IMG/VR virus record: IMGVR_UViG_3300028603_000021
Location: 32,001 to 96,000 of that record
Reading direction: 5' to 3' (one strand)
DNA length: 64,000 bases
DNA from: a virus
Taxonomy: Duplodnaviria; Caudoviricetes
The notes below the pieces were generated by a model. That model saw only the letters and a program-made list of their open reading frames with translations. It did not search any database and was not told where the DNA came from. The stretch's first letter is position 1; every line of letters begins with the position of its first letter. The position numbers and the translations under genes are program-made. Below, in pieces: positions 53,973-64,000 of the stretch.

Positions 53973-53998
53973 CAAAAAGGCGGCCATTTCTGACCGCC
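53973..53998 (-). terminator. terminator after holin-like gene, followed by a TTGACA-17-TAGAAT promoter (53943-53971)
   Basis: GGCGGTCA-GAAA-TGGCCGCC followed by TTTTTG. Confidence 0.8.
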
Positions 53999-54018
53999 GT
54001 GAGGAGGGGGAGAAGAGG

Positions 54019-54453
54019 TTACTCTCTCTGAAGCTTAACTATCTTCGAGGCAGTAGAAGCGGCAACCTGACGCTCGTTCTTCGCCATGCCGTTAGACATC
54101 AAGAAGGCGAACGCTGTGAGGGCAGCTGCTTGCAGGGCAGCCGAGATGCCGGAAGCTCCGGCTAGATATCCTAGCCCAAGATACCCACCGACACCACCGA
54201 TTATAGCTGCTACGGCTAGCGAAAGCCACTGTGTAGCACGGCCTTCCGTGCCGAACCAGTCCTTACCAAGAGCCGTTAGAGCTTTGGTGATCCACGGTAC
54301 TACAAGACCCACAGCAAGAAAAACGGTTTCTTGACTCTGGAACCAAGTTCTAGGGTCTAGGGTCACTGGAACAGCTTGGGCGATAGCAACGCCCACGAAG
54401 AAGACTGCTACAGTGATAGCAACGTATTTAACTATGTTTACGAAACTAAGCAT
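54019..54453 (-). CDS. holin-like membrane protein
   Basis: 3-4 TM helices, charged C-terminus, end of structural block. Confidence 0.6.
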   Translation of the reverse strand: MLSFVNIVKYVAITVAVFFVGVAIAQAVPVTLDPRTWFQSQETVFLAVGLVVPWITKALTALGKDWFGTEGRATQWLSLAVAAIIGGVGGYLGLGYLAGASGISAALQAAALTAFAFLMSNGMAKNERQVAASTASKIVKLQRE

Positions 54454-54456
54454 ACT

Positions 54457-55614
54457 TTAATACCTCCGGAAGTTACGGACGTTATACGCATCCGCTCCCT
54501 TGATTGTAGTACCGTCGTCAACGATGTCAACATCTGAAGGGGTCTGCATTGCACTACCATCCCAGATGTAGCCGTCGCGCACGAGTCCAGAACCAGCGCG
54601 GTTGATAGGCGCGATGTTCTCTGAAGGCGCGTAGCCAAGCCAACGCAGGAAGTGACCAGGAATCTCGATACCCTTGTCAGCCGTAAAGTCACCGGCAAAC
54701 CCACCCTGTAGGTACACGTAGTCGAACAGCGGAAGCTGGTTGTACATGTAGATAGGCTGGAAGTAAGCAGTAACGGTGCTAGTAGAGCCGTCTGTGAGCT
54801 GGAAGCTACCGGTGAAGCTTGTAAGCTCGTTAACGTCGGATTCAGCTATACCCTTAGGAAGAACCTTACCGAATCGGTTATACCCAGCAGGAGCAAACTT
54901 CTCGATGTACCCTTGGTCAGTCCATGTAACCCTAGTTGCCTTACCTTCACCAGTCGGGCTGCCGGTGCTAACCTTGTCAACAATACCTGCACTGTCAAGG
55001 GCGTCGATATCACCGTCATACTGAACTAAAGTCCTCTGCTCTTGGGTAGAGTTGTTAGAGACCAAGTAAAGTAGGGAAACTTTCTTAAGGAGTGGAACTG
55101 TTATGATGGAAACAGAGGGTTTAATTCCGATGCTGTACGCACCAGGATCGTATCCCTTCAGGTCGTCTCTGCCGTCAGAAAAGACTGCCCAGTCAGCTGA
55201 GAAGGTTGACGGGAACGACTTATCTCCAGTAAAAGTGATTGCCGTGGCGCTCGGTGTAATAGTCCCGCCACCTGACACAGTGACCAAATCAATAACTTGC
55301 CCAGATGCTACTTCAACAACCTCGTCAAGGGTTACCGGAGTTGCTACCGTTACAGAGCCACTCAACACAACCTTCCCATCAACAGTAATCTGGTAGTCAG
55401 TAGTAGCGCTTGACGCGGTAAGTGTAGTAACAATGCGATGCAGTCCAGACGTAGCAGCAGTCTGAGGGAACGAAGTTCCTAGAGAAACGCTCTTGTCACC
55501 AACAACGTCACCTATGCCTTGCAGCCAGTGCTGCCCTTCTTTGTAGAATTTTCTGACCTTGTACTCGCCCGTCTGTACATAAGCAGTGTCAGTCAGGAAT
55601 TGGAAATACTTCAC
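54457..55614 (-). CDS. probable virion structural protein
   Basis: Thr/Ser/Val-rich beta protein, GGAGG RBS, late-gene context. Confidence 0.55.
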   Translation of the reverse strand: MKYFQFLTDTAYVQTGEYKVRKFYKEGQHWLQGIGDVVGDKSVSLGTSFPQTAATSGLHRIVTTLTASSATTDYQITVDGKVVLSGSVTVATPVTLDEVVEVASGQVIDLVTVSGGGTITPSATAITFTGDKSFPSTFSADWAVFSDGRDDLKGYDPGAYSIGIKPSVSIITVPLLKKVSLLYLVSNNSTQEQRTLVQYDGDIDALDSAGIVDKVSTGSPTGEGKATRVTWTDQGYIEKFAPAGYNRFGKVLPKGIAESDVNELTSFTGSFQLTDGSTSTVTAYFQPIYMYNQLPLFDYVYLQGGFAGDFTADKGIEIPGHFLRWLGYAPSENIAPINRAGSGLVRDGYIWDGSAMQTPSDVDIVDDGTTIKGADAYNVRNFRRY

Positions 55615-55743
55615 GTTATCCTCCGTGTCGGATTGTTATGTTCTGTTAACCGACGCATACTCAGGTTGTTCCCCGAGGTGTATAACAAGTACGGGTTAGG
55701 TTGCGTCTTTTATATTTCAGGATACTACTATAACGAGGAAAAG

Positions 55744-56097
55744 TCAACCAGCTTCCTTCTCTAGGGAGATGTTTCGGTATGCTTCCATGCGTTTATCTCC
55801 TTTGTAGCCGGAAAAAACCAGCTTAAGGTAGTTAGAGATAAACTCCCAGAAATATCTCACAGGAAACCCGATAGACCCCAAGCGCCTCCACTGCTTGACG
55901 TGGATGTATTCATGCCGCATGATGTCGGGATCGTTCGCCTCTAGCGGTAACGCAAAGATACACTCACCGATGGTCTGACCACCGAACTGAGCGCCGCCGA
56001 GAATGCTAGAAACAACCCAAAGCTCTGCATCCCTGTGGGTTCGCTTCTCAGTCACTTTATTCCTGTAGAGGAATTTACCTATCTTAGTTGCTAACAT
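55744..56097 (-). CDS. HExxH zincin-like small protein
   Basis: GQTIG..MRHEYIHVKQW..AYRNISLEKEA. Confidence 0.65.
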   Translation of the reverse strand: MLATKIGKFLYRNKVTEKRTHRDAELWVVSSILGGAQFGGQTIGECIFALPLEANDPDIMRHEYIHVKQWRRLGSIGFPVRYFWEFISNYLKLVFSGYKGDKRMEAYRNISLEKEAG

Positions 56098-56106
56098 ATA
56101 CCACCA

Positions 56107-58866
56107 TCAGAACACAGTCACCCTTACCTCTCCGCGTCCACCAGCAAGACCCCTACCGCCGCCTCCGCCACCGGGAACAGCCCCCTCACTACCTGATACT
56201 GTGTTACCATCACCCTTACCGCCGTCACCACCAAACCTGCTACGTCCACCACTAGCACCAGAAGAGCTTAGTTGATTGGTAGGATACGACCAGCCACCAC
56301 CAGCCCCACCATAGACACTATTCCCAGCCGAGCTACCACCGTAGACACCCCCCTTACCCCCCGCCCAATGCGAGGGTATCGGTAGTACGGGAATTCCAGG
56401 ATGATAGGTTGTTCTACCCCCACCTTGCGCCTGAACGAAATTACCAAAATAGCTATGCATGACCATACCAGTCGGAAGGCCAACACCTATAGGTATAGAA
56501 CCTGATGGTAATGAAGAAAGTGGTATCCATAGCTCTGCGTAGTCACCACCATCGCCCCCATTAGCACCCTTGCTCGGGTTGTAGCTTATGTCCCCCTTAG
56601 CCCCCGCTCCCCACAACTGTACAAATACCATAGTACCGATAGACGGTTTAGTCCATGTTCCGCTAGCAGTGAAAACCTGAAGTGTTGCCCTGGAGGAATC
56701 CACATATCCTTTGTTAGCGATATCCTCTGGGTGACTCGGGCTTGCTACTCTTGCCCGTCCGGACGAATCTCTTCGCACATACCTGTTTGGGAGATTTTGT
56801 GCTGAAGAAGCGAAGTACAGCCAAGCAACATTAATAAGATTATACCCCTGAGTGTTGGCGGCCATGTTACCGCCTGGATCCATGCCATCGGGCATGGAAA
56901 CTCCATCCCAAGCTGTAGTTCCAGCTAAGAGTAGCGCTTCTCCTGCGTTTTTGTAGAAGCCTGGAGTTCTCCTAGCTATCCTGTCAGCGGTATTGGCTGC
57001 TGTTGCTCCGTGAGCACCCATATCGTTCATGTGGGCAGTCAAAGCACCGCCGCTACCAGAGATGCCAGCAACAGCACTGTCTACATAACCCTTTGTAGTT
57101 AGGGTATCTGACGGAGCGCCTGTCATGTTGGTTACTACGCTGCTGCTGTATCTGAGATTTCCAGAGATACCTGTATCCCCTGCTTTGTTAACTGGAGTGA
57201 AACCCAGCGCTCCTGATACACTAGAACTTATCCACCTCTGAGACCCAGCGTTGTATGCTAGAACGTTGTTCGCAGGTATGCTAGACGGCAAAGACACGTC
57301 TCTCAGATTTCTAAGCTCGTAACCAACCGCGTCGAACGCCGTAATGGATGAGTTGTACACTAAAACGTCCCCGTTGTTCAACGCCGGGACATCAGCCATG
57401 CTAGCAAGGGTGAGTGTGTCTGCTATCTGGAATGCATAATCAGGGTTGAATGTGTCGATGGCAAAAGAGCTAGCCTCGGTCAGAGTGAGAAACGAGAACC
57501 AGCTAGACTGAGACCTTGCCACGGGAAAATAGTCCCCGTCCAAGATATCGCGGTTATACCACGACGTTGGGTTATGCTCTACCATAGCGCGTATGTTCGA
57601 AGTTCCTGAGATGTCAGACCTTATAATCCCCGCAGAATAATACAGCTGAAAGGTATCGGGATTGTAACGATTCTTCTGCACAGAAAGCATAACATCTTTT
57701 TTGACGCTTGCGCCGTAAGACAAGGCCAGCATGACAGCATCCCCATACTTAGCGGAGGGGTCTGAAACCAAGACACTTCCAGCCTCAGTAGAGACATCCC
57801 CGACTGGAACTTCTGCGATTATATGCTCTGAACCAGTAAACACATAACTCAAGAGAACCACGCCAGCATAGTCACCGTCATAAACAGCGCCGTACCTACT
57901 AGAGTAGGTTACACCACCGCTGACGAAGTTTTCTTGTAACTGCTCAGCTGAGAGCACCAAGAACTCTATACCGCTTGTATCGCCTGGCGGGTCTCCAGCT
58001 ACAGAAAGCTGCGACATCTGCGACGGAGAGATATTTAGTTTTATCCTTCCACGCGATGCATCAATGACCTTATATGTACCCGGGGCTGGATCTGGCGTGG
58101 AAGACACATCTTGCGGTACATATACATACTTAGGAGTTCCAGAATTAGTCCTAGACAGTATGATATGACCACCGTAATCTATACCAAAATTAGTATAAGG
58201 GAACTCTACCTCAGAATTATACGTACCAACGAAGTTATTTAGGGTAATTCCAGCAGATAGGAGTGTAGAGTCATACCTATGATTTCTGATGGGGGTTGGG
58301 TACTCTGCTCCTAACGATAGCTTAGACAGGAGTACGCTTTGCTCTCTGAATACAGAAGAGGAGCCGTATGAAAATGCCACATTAAGTGGATCTTGCGGTA
58401 TGCCATTAAATCTTACTTCATAATACCCATATCTGTACGTCTGCCCATTGTCTTCTGTTTTTACTGGCTTGTAAGGTAAGGCACGTTTGTTCAGGAAATC
58501 ATTAGATATCTTATATTTACCTGATTCTGTCTCAACATCAGTAGCAAGCACCTGCCACTCGTTAACCTGTGGAGTTCCTGTAGCTTGGTTTATAACCTCA
58601 AATCTATAGTATTCACCCTCACTCTTACCGAACAGACTCCCGACGGCCTTAACGCTAGGTGAAAATAAGTAAACTCCCTGCCCGTCAGGGCTCCCAGGGG
58701 CAGAGTATGCAAAAGCGTCATCACTGAAGTAACCGCCGTTGTTCTGGATTATGTTAGTGGAGAAACCAAAGTTAGCACCAAGGAATCCCCTTATATACTC
58801 AAGGAAATCGGTGAAGTTAGATGTCCCTAATGGAACTCCTTCGTAAGTGTTCAGCTTAGTTATCAT
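56107..58866 (-). CDS. tail fibre / receptor-binding protein with Gly-rich C-terminus
   Basis: ALGFTPVNKAGD, TKGYVD, FTASGTWTKP, GGGG-rich end. Confidence 0.75.
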   Translation of the reverse strand: MITKLNTYEGVPLGTSNFTDFLEYIRGFLGANFGFSTNIIQNNGGYFSDDAFAYSAPGSPDGQGVYLFSPSVKAVGSLFGKSEGEYYRFEVINQATGTPQVNEWQVLATDVETESGKYKISNDFLNKRALPYKPVKTEDNGQTYRYGYYEVRFNGIPQDPLNVAFSYGSSSVFREQSVLLSKLSLGAEYPTPIRNHRYDSTLLSAGITLNNFVGTYNSEVEFPYTNFGIDYGGHIILSRTNSGTPKYVYVPQDVSSTPDPAPGTYKVIDASRGRIKLNISPSQMSQLSVAGDPPGDTSGIEFLVLSAEQLQENFVSGGVTYSSRYGAVYDGDYAGVVLLSYVFTGSEHIIAEVPVGDVSTEAGSVLVSDPSAKYGDAVMLALSYGASVKKDVMLSVQKNRYNPDTFQLYYSAGIIRSDISGTSNIRAMVEHNPTSWYNRDILDGDYFPVARSQSSWFSFLTLTEASSFAIDTFNPDYAFQIADTLTLASMADVPALNNGDVLVYNSSITAFDAVGYELRNLRDVSLPSSIPANNVLAYNAGSQRWISSSVSGALGFTPVNKAGDTGISGNLRYSSSVVTNMTGAPSDTLTTKGYVDSAVAGISGSGGALTAHMNDMGAHGATAANTADRIARRTPGFYKNAGEALLLAGTTAWDGVSMPDGMDPGGNMAANTQGYNLINVAWLYFASSAQNLPNRYVRRDSSGRARVASPSHPEDIANKGYVDSSRATLQVFTASGTWTKPSIGTMVFVQLWGAGAKGDISYNPSKGANGGDGGDYAELWIPLSSLPSGSIPIGVGLPTGMVMHSYFGNFVQAQGGGRTTYHPGIPVLPIPSHWAGGKGGVYGGSSAGNSVYGGAGGGWSYPTNQLSSSGASGGRSRFGGDGGKGDGNTVSGSEGAVPGGGGGGRGLAGGRGEVRVTVF

Positions 58867-59570
58867 ATGTTAGTATACTTACTCCCTCCGGCGCTCGGTT
58901 CTACTACGATGACCTTGTTGACCTTAACGCCCGATGCAATAGTGTTGTTGAGGAGTGCCTTAAACGATGCCACCTGGAAAGCGTCGAGGATGACCCTGTA
59001 GTTATTATTTCTTACACGCAGAAAAGGTGAGGTAACCGGAAGTGAGAGCGTTTCACCAGTATATGATCTTACCACGTAAAGCTTCGCTGTAACTGGGCGA
59101 ACTACGATAGTTATGCCATACAGCAAACTTCCTTTGTTTGACCTCAAAGGGGCGTCTAAAGTTGATGATGTTCCGTCAAAGACTTCCTTATAAGATTCCC
59201 GTATGTCAACCACAACATCCATCATAGCAGATTTAAACAGAAGGCGCAAAGCTTCACTTATGCCGTCTTTTGTGACGTTCTGTCTGATTGCGAAGAGTAT
59301 CCTGATACGATATCCTTCGTCACCCTCCCCTGGGTACCTTGAAACATCAAACATGGAACCAAGTCGGTCAAGGTACTGACCATAGGCTTGCGGGTAGATT
59401 ATGGGAAAATCCCCTTCGTACAGAAGCCTAAGATTGGATTTCTGTGTAGTAGCGTTAGTGATATACAAATTACCTAGTGTTTCCTTTACGGTAACCCTAG
59501 CTGAAGATATCCCAGAAGCAAGACTTCTGGTGAAGTTGTATAGAACGCTATCAGATCGTTTGCTACTCAT
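58863..59570 (-). CDS. baseplate wedge-like protein
   Basis: AYGQYLDRLG..RYPGEGDEGYRIRI motif. Confidence 0.65.
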   Translation of the reverse strand: MSSKRSDSVLYNFTRSLASGISSARVTVKETLGNLYITNATTQKSNLRLLYEGDFPIIYPQAYGQYLDRLGSMFDVSRYPGEGDEGYRIRILFAIRQNVTKDGISEALRLLFKSAMMDVVVDIRESYKEVFDGTSSTLDAPLRSNKGSLLYGITIVVRPVTAKLYVVRSYTGETLSLPVTSPFLRVRNNNYRVILDAFQVASFKALLNNTIASGVKVNKVIVVEPSAGGSKYTNI

Positions 59571-61014
59571 CTAAATCCTCGTAGTGAAGAAAATAAGGTG
59601 GATACTTAGAGTAAAGACGCTCAACACTCGCAGATATCTCTGTTACCATCGACTGATATTCAGAATAGAACTCAAAGTAGATAGATGGCAATGTGCTGCT
59701 AGTTTTAACACCGGTAATTGTTTCTACCTGTCCCGGGTATGACTCTCTAGTCTTATAGGAGCCGTAGTCATTTATGTAAGATAAGTTAACGAATGAGTAG
59801 TCTTTAGTTTTTATATCATCAGGAGAAAACGCTGTTTCGACTTTCATATACACTCCGTAATAATCTCCTGGAGCTAAGTCTGGTACTCTTAGTCTGCTGT
59901 TAGCTGGAGAAAATGCCCTATTCCTCAGGTCGAAATATGCTGATGACCCATCAGGATTAAACGGGTACAGTTCCCCAGACGGGCTCAGCAACAAAGAAAT
60001 CCGCACCTGGTCAAACAAAGAGGTTCTCGAAGAAGCGCCAAGAAGTATGTCATCGTTTGTAGTAAACTGACTGCCTTCGTATATAGTTATACCGTTTGGA
60101 ACAGAGGATGTCACAGCCCTGTAGCCTATACCCCCACTCATAGAAAGATAGATATTTCTTCTTACTAAGTTCGGGATGCTGGTGTTGTTAACAATATAGA
60201 AAGCAGAGTACATCACACCAGACGACAAAGCGTTCTTGGATTCTATATAAGGAATTCCGCCAGCGGTAACCTTCGCAACCCTGAGCAATGATGGATCTGG
60301 TACTGATGAAACCGAGTAGTACGACTGGTATGAAGATATGTCAGCTGGTGACATGTCTCCGGTAACAGTAGCTGCTTTCAGCAACAGGGGCAGAGATTTT
60401 ACTGAAGAAAACTTTACAGGGTACACAAAGAACTCTGATAACACCCTTGAGGTGCTTAGATATGCACGGTCACTCACACTGGTAGGTAATACCAAAAACT
60501 CGCTAGAAAGGGGCGGAGTTACGTTTATGGTAGCCGTTGACACAACCGCTGGAGACATTACGATCTCGCTGTCGTAGGCGGGTACCTCAGTAGTTCTAGA
60601 ACTAGAGATTCCATAAACCATAAACCCAGATGATATTGTTGTACTTACAGGGAGACCAGTACCAAGAACGGGGCGTGAACGAGTAGATACCGAAGCCTCT
60701 CCGGTCAACATAGGAGCAAACAAAAAGGCTCCAGATCCCGGTAATAGTGTTAGCGGATAAACCAAGCGCTCGTCTACGAACGAGACTGGTGTTTCTCCGT
60801 GCCTCTTGGCAAAGAAGACAAACGACTCGTCCACTGTAGACGTATGCAGCTGTCTGTTGAGAAAGTCCGGTGAAAAAACTGAAGACCCACTACTGCCTAG
60901 GTAAGTCACTACATCTTCTGAAACAGAGAACACAACAACGTCGTCACCGCTTACCACAGTAAACGGAGATAAACTTTCGATGTTCTCTATCGCAGGAAGG
61001 CTGATGGTCTGCAT
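59563..61014 (-). CDS. putative virion structural protein
   Basis: Ser/Val-rich, within baseplate operon. Confidence 0.5.
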   Translation of the reverse strand: MQTISLPAIENIESLSPFTVVSGDDVVVFSVSEDVVTYLGSSGSSVFSPDFLNRQLHTSTVDESFVFFAKRHGETPVSFVDERLVYPLTLLPGSGAFLFAPMLTGEASVSTRSRPVLGTGLPVSTTISSGFMVYGISSSRTTEVPAYDSEIVMSPAVVSTATINVTPPLSSEFLVLPTSVSDRAYLSTSRVLSEFFVYPVKFSSVKSLPLLLKAATVTGDMSPADISSYQSYYSVSSVPDPSLLRVAKVTAGGIPYIESKNALSSGVMYSAFYIVNNTSIPNLVRRNIYLSMSGGIGYRAVTSSVPNGITIYEGSQFTTNDDILLGASSRTSLFDQVRISLLLSPSGELYPFNPDGSSAYFDLRNRAFSPANSRLRVPDLAPGDYYGVYMKVETAFSPDDIKTKDYSFVNLSYINDYGSYKTRESYPGQVETITGVKTSSTLPSIYFEFYSEYQSMVTEISASVERLYSKYPPYFLHYEDLDE

Positions 61015-61022
61015 AGTTTACA

Positions 61023-61436
61023 TCAGAGCTTGAAGACGTTACCTGTTCCGCCATCCCACAGGATGGTTATGTTGCCACCGTTGGGAAGTATCGGGTTGAA
61101 CCCTTCGTCTATGTAAACTACGGGCTGTCCTGAGGTATCGTCGTAGATTATGATAGCTCCCACTAGGTTCCCGGTGACGTTGGTGAACTCAGTACTACCT
61201 GCTGGGATGGTGGCAGTACCGTATGTGTCCGTGCCAACCGTAACACTGACTGCTGTGCCTACTACACCTGCCGGTACTTCCGTTGAAAAATCTGTAGCTT
61301 CAGCAAAATCTGGGGTGTTGTATCCACTGGCCTCTGTGTTAACCAAAGCAACTTTGTAAGCAGTACCAGTTGTTGTCCACGCCAAAGTCCCTGTTAAAAA
61401 CTTTTCTCTGGCTTTTGCGTATAGTTGATTCGCCAT
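61023..61436 (-). CDS. tail-associated structural protein
   Basis: MANQLYAKAREKFL..PNGGNITILWD, recurrent in phage tail regions. Confidence 0.65.
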   Translation of the reverse strand: MANQLYAKAREKFLTGTLAWTTTGTAYKVALVNTEASGYNTPDFAEATDFSTEVPAGVVGTAVSVTVGTDTYGTATIPAGSTEFTNVTGNLVGAIIIYDDTSGQPVVYIDEGFNPILPNGGNITILWDGGTGNVFKL

Positions 61437-61456
61437 GATCTATCAATCTCCTTTTC

Positions 61457-63679
61457 TTACGTTATAAATTTTATCCCAACTAATGGGGATATCGTAGTGT
61501 CAGGTAATGATACACTACCAAGCCTGAAAAGCTGTGTTGCACTAGATGTATAGTCCGATATGTACTGATACTGTATAGTGAGTGGGTCTATAGGGTAGGA
61601 AAGTCCTGGATATCCAAGCAGAGGCTCGGAAAACAAGTAGGACGAAACATACAAGAACTCTAGAGAGGTAAGTACCAGCCCAAAGTTGATAGTGGACACA
61701 GACACAAAATCCTCTGGTGTAACAGCAGACATGAGCGCTGAGTAAAAGGAAGAAAGTATCTTAGCATCCCCGAAAAGTATAGAATAGGTTGTGTTGCCCC
61801 CACCGGCAGGCACAGAGTCGTGTATGATGCCAACAGCGCCTTGATCGGTGGCTGTGGTAGCTACATAGTCACTACCTGAAAGTTTAACTGGAGTACCGTC
61901 AGCTATCGTTCCGGCTTGGGTGATATCTTCTTCGTAAGATGTAGCTACGGTTTTCAATGCAGCCAGATCATAGTCTGCTTTGTAGATAGTATACGTATCC
62001 AGAGTAAGCTCTTTAGAGATAATCAAGTTGAAGATGTTCTCTATACCGGGTATAGTTCCAACCCTAGACAAGACCTCAGAGTATTTAAGAGAATCCCCTG
62101 GGTTCTTGGTTTTTAAGTATGAGTTGATAGTGGCACTAACCTGTGTCATGATTGTAGATGTTGTTACTCCCACGGTTGGCTTGATTACCATGGAGAAGTG
62201 AGTCTTTATAAGGTCTGGAGACGATACTATCAAGTTAACCCCAGCTGCTTTCCATGAAGAATCCAGAGCTTTCTTTACCTCGTTTTTCTTAGACGGGGAT
62301 ATGACACCATCCTCGTTAGATACCAGCAGTATAGTTGTCCCTCTGGGGCTTACATCCGAAGTGAGGGTCTTGGCAAAGGTGATACCAGATATCTGCAAGG
62401 CTCCTGCTTCCAGGGCGCTTGGTGTGGCCTTAGAAAGGCTGGAAAGGTAAGCTCTGAGGTACGTTCTGTACTCCTCGTCGTTATCCTCGTCAGACCCACC
62501 AGCAACCATGTGTGAGGTTGGTATCTTATACTCTGAGGTAAGAACATCATCCGGATCAAATATAACAGTGTCACTTATCTGGTCGGGGCGCTGAGAAACC
62601 ACCAACCCGTAGGTTCCAGCTACGAACTGCTCTATGTCGGTTGTATAGTTCGCACCCTCATCGTAGTCAGTTCCTCCGTATGAGAATGTCCTCAGGTAAA
62701 GGGTCTTGACAACCCCACCGTCTGTTATGGTTATAGACGGTACGGGGCTGTTAGAGATAGCATCCTTAAGAGTTATAACACTAGTATCTTGCGACATGTA
62801 TTCAAATATCAATCCTGCTTGTTTCGTAACTGCCCCTGGCGTACCTATAGGCATATCAGAATATATAGCAACTATCGGGTTTCCGTCAACGTCTTGCTTT
62901 ATCTCTACGAAACCACGAGGGGAGAAGTTATAAGCATTAACCACACTGAGCTTTCCACTGTTGTAACCGAGAAGGTTAGTGAATCTGCTGTAGAATGGGG
63001 CACTGGAAACCGGCTGACCAGACGAGAAGAATATTATACCAGGATTACTAGTGTTTAGAACGTTAGAAATTCCCGGAGGTGGAGACGGGAACGAGGTTAT
63101 CCCACCTTCTATGATGTTAGTTTTCGCGCCGGTCAGGACAGCGGCAACCGGCAGTATCAGATACTGAACATTCCTGTTACCAAGGTCTATCAACGGCTCA
63201 ACCGTATCTCCTTCGTTCACAGGGGTCAACACCGCATCGTCGTTACGGGGTTGAATCAGAGAAAAAACAATTCCTTCGTCACCTTGGTTGTTGAAACCGA
63301 TGAATTTCGTTGAAGACTCAACTCCGCTCACAAACTTTCCAGTGTCGTAGTTGTAGTTAGCGTAACGAAGCTTAACAGACGTGGGGTTTGCTAGGGGGGA
63401 TTCCCCGTACAGCACGACATACCCCATGCTCCTGGTAGCAGGAGACCTAGGCAGCTGGAATGTACCGTTTATCAGCTTGTCTAGGTAAGCACCAGACGCG
63501 GTAGCTATGTAAGCTTGTTTCTCTACCTCAGCTATGTCTCTGTGCACATCCTCCAAAGCCGCAGACACAGAAAATATCATATCGTGGACAACGGATCCAA
63601 CAGAGAAGTCTGTAACTCTGCTCTGTATGCGCGAGTAGAACGCAATTATGTTACGCTTGATTTCACTTAGAGTCTTCAC
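61457..63679 (-). CDS. baseplate J-like protein
   Basis: VTDFSVGSV, TASGAYLD, GGSDEDNDEEYR, KATPSALE, KAAGV; GTG start overlaps upstream stop. Confidence 0.85.
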   Translation of the reverse strand: MKTLSEIKRNIIAFYSRIQSRVTDFSVGSVVHDMIFSVSAALEDVHRDIAEVEKQAYIATASGAYLDKLINGTFQLPRSPATRSMGYVVLYGESPLANPTSVKLRYANYNYDTGKFVSGVESSTKFIGFNNQGDEGIVFSLIQPRNDDAVLTPVNEGDTVEPLIDLGNRNVQYLILPVAAVLTGAKTNIIEGGITSFPSPPPGISNVLNTSNPGIIFFSSGQPVSSAPFYSRFTNLLGYNSGKLSVVNAYNFSPRGFVEIKQDVDGNPIVAIYSDMPIGTPGAVTKQAGLIFEYMSQDTSVITLKDAISNSPVPSITITDGGVVKTLYLRTFSYGGTDYDEGANYTTDIEQFVAGTYGLVVSQRPDQISDTVIFDPDDVLTSEYKIPTSHMVAGGSDEDNDEEYRTYLRAYLSSLSKATPSALEAGALQISGITFAKTLTSDVSPRGTTILLVSNEDGVISPSKKNEVKKALDSSWKAAGVNLIVSSPDLIKTHFSMVIKPTVGVTTSTIMTQVSATINSYLKTKNPGDSLKYSEVLSRVGTIPGIENIFNLIISKELTLDTYTIYKADYDLAALKTVATSYEEDITQAGTIADGTPVKLSGSDYVATTATDQGAVGIIHDSVPAGGGNTTYSILFGDAKILSSFYSALMSAVTPEDFVSVSTINFGLVLTSLEFLYVSSYLFSEPLLGYPGLSYPIDPLTIQYQYISDYTSSATQLFRLGSVSLPDTTISPLVGIKFIT

Positions 63680-64000
63680 ACTTGCGCTCCTGCGGATAAC
63701 GACAGCTGTATAACTAGGTCGTCCACGCTTACCGGTGCTACATCGCACACCACAGACACAACAGTAGGAGACTCGAACTTACACACTACTTTTATGACAG
63801 ACGCTGTGCGAGAGTCCTTACCTATCTCTTCTGCAACATCAGACGAGAGCTGGGCTTCAACTATGGATTTATTCCGGTAGCTCTGGCCGAGGTAACTATC
63901 CCACGGTACCCCGAACGACCTATCCGCTGGATGGTATCCGCGAGTCGTCATCAGTCTGTGCAGCAAGGCTTGGGCATAGTTAAGCACTCCAGAAACTATC
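63676..64000 (-). CDS. gp25-like baseplate wedge protein (5' end probably outside window)
   Basis: QALLHRLMT.RG..P...FG..KDSR; precedes baseplate J. Confidence 0.7.
   Translation of the reverse strand, partial: IVSGVLNYAQALLHRLMTTRGYHPADRSFGVPWDSYLGQSYRNKSIVEAQLSSDVAEEIGKDSRTASVIKVVCKFESPTVVSVVCDVAPVSVDDLVIQLSLSAGAQV

Noticed and set aside
1-64000. Stop-codon reassignment, as seen in some theta-ribozyme phages
   Set aside because: Long conserved genes are intact under code 11, TAG/TGA/TAA all end genes at sensible positions, and no suppressor tRNA was seen.

Overview
A 64-kb segment of a large tailed dsDNA phage, probably a myovirus given the baseplate J and gp25-like genes. Gene content and a tandem-OB SSB suggest, by inference, a relative of Thermus phiYS40-like phages with a Deinococcota host. 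The left arm (1-24.5 kb, minus strand) is accessory: a truncated IS200/IS605 TnpB element, 10 tRNAs, tmRNA, rIIA/rIIB, an NCS2 purine permease, two RNA ligases (DRB0094/Rnl5-type and RtcB), a Mom-like DNA-modification enzyme, an SNF2 helicase and homing endonucleases. The middle holds PhoH, an intein-containing terminase and a bacterial-style replication, recombination and nucleotide module (GuaC/IMPDH, DnaX, RecA, Rad52-like SSAP, DnaB, RuvC, ThyX, beta clamp, SSB, dNMP kinase, dUTPase, DnaG, Cas4-like nuclease, GroES-like protein). The right end carries a holin and tail/baseplate genes. The most striking signals are non-coding and invisible in the ORF track. (1) Two minimal HDV-like self-cleaving ribozymes share an identical P3/L3 core, one in a tRNA-Met transcription unit and one directly after ssb, in a genome that also encodes RtcB, which joins the ends such ribozymes make. 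(2) A ~310-nt ncRNA with its own consensus promoter is built from 5-6 covarying H-type pseudoknot modules. (3) Further structured RNAs are unassigned: a kissing-hairpin RNA, a tRNA-like module after tmRNA, and a T-loop three-way junction. All calls come from reading and hand-folding the sequence; no searches were run.
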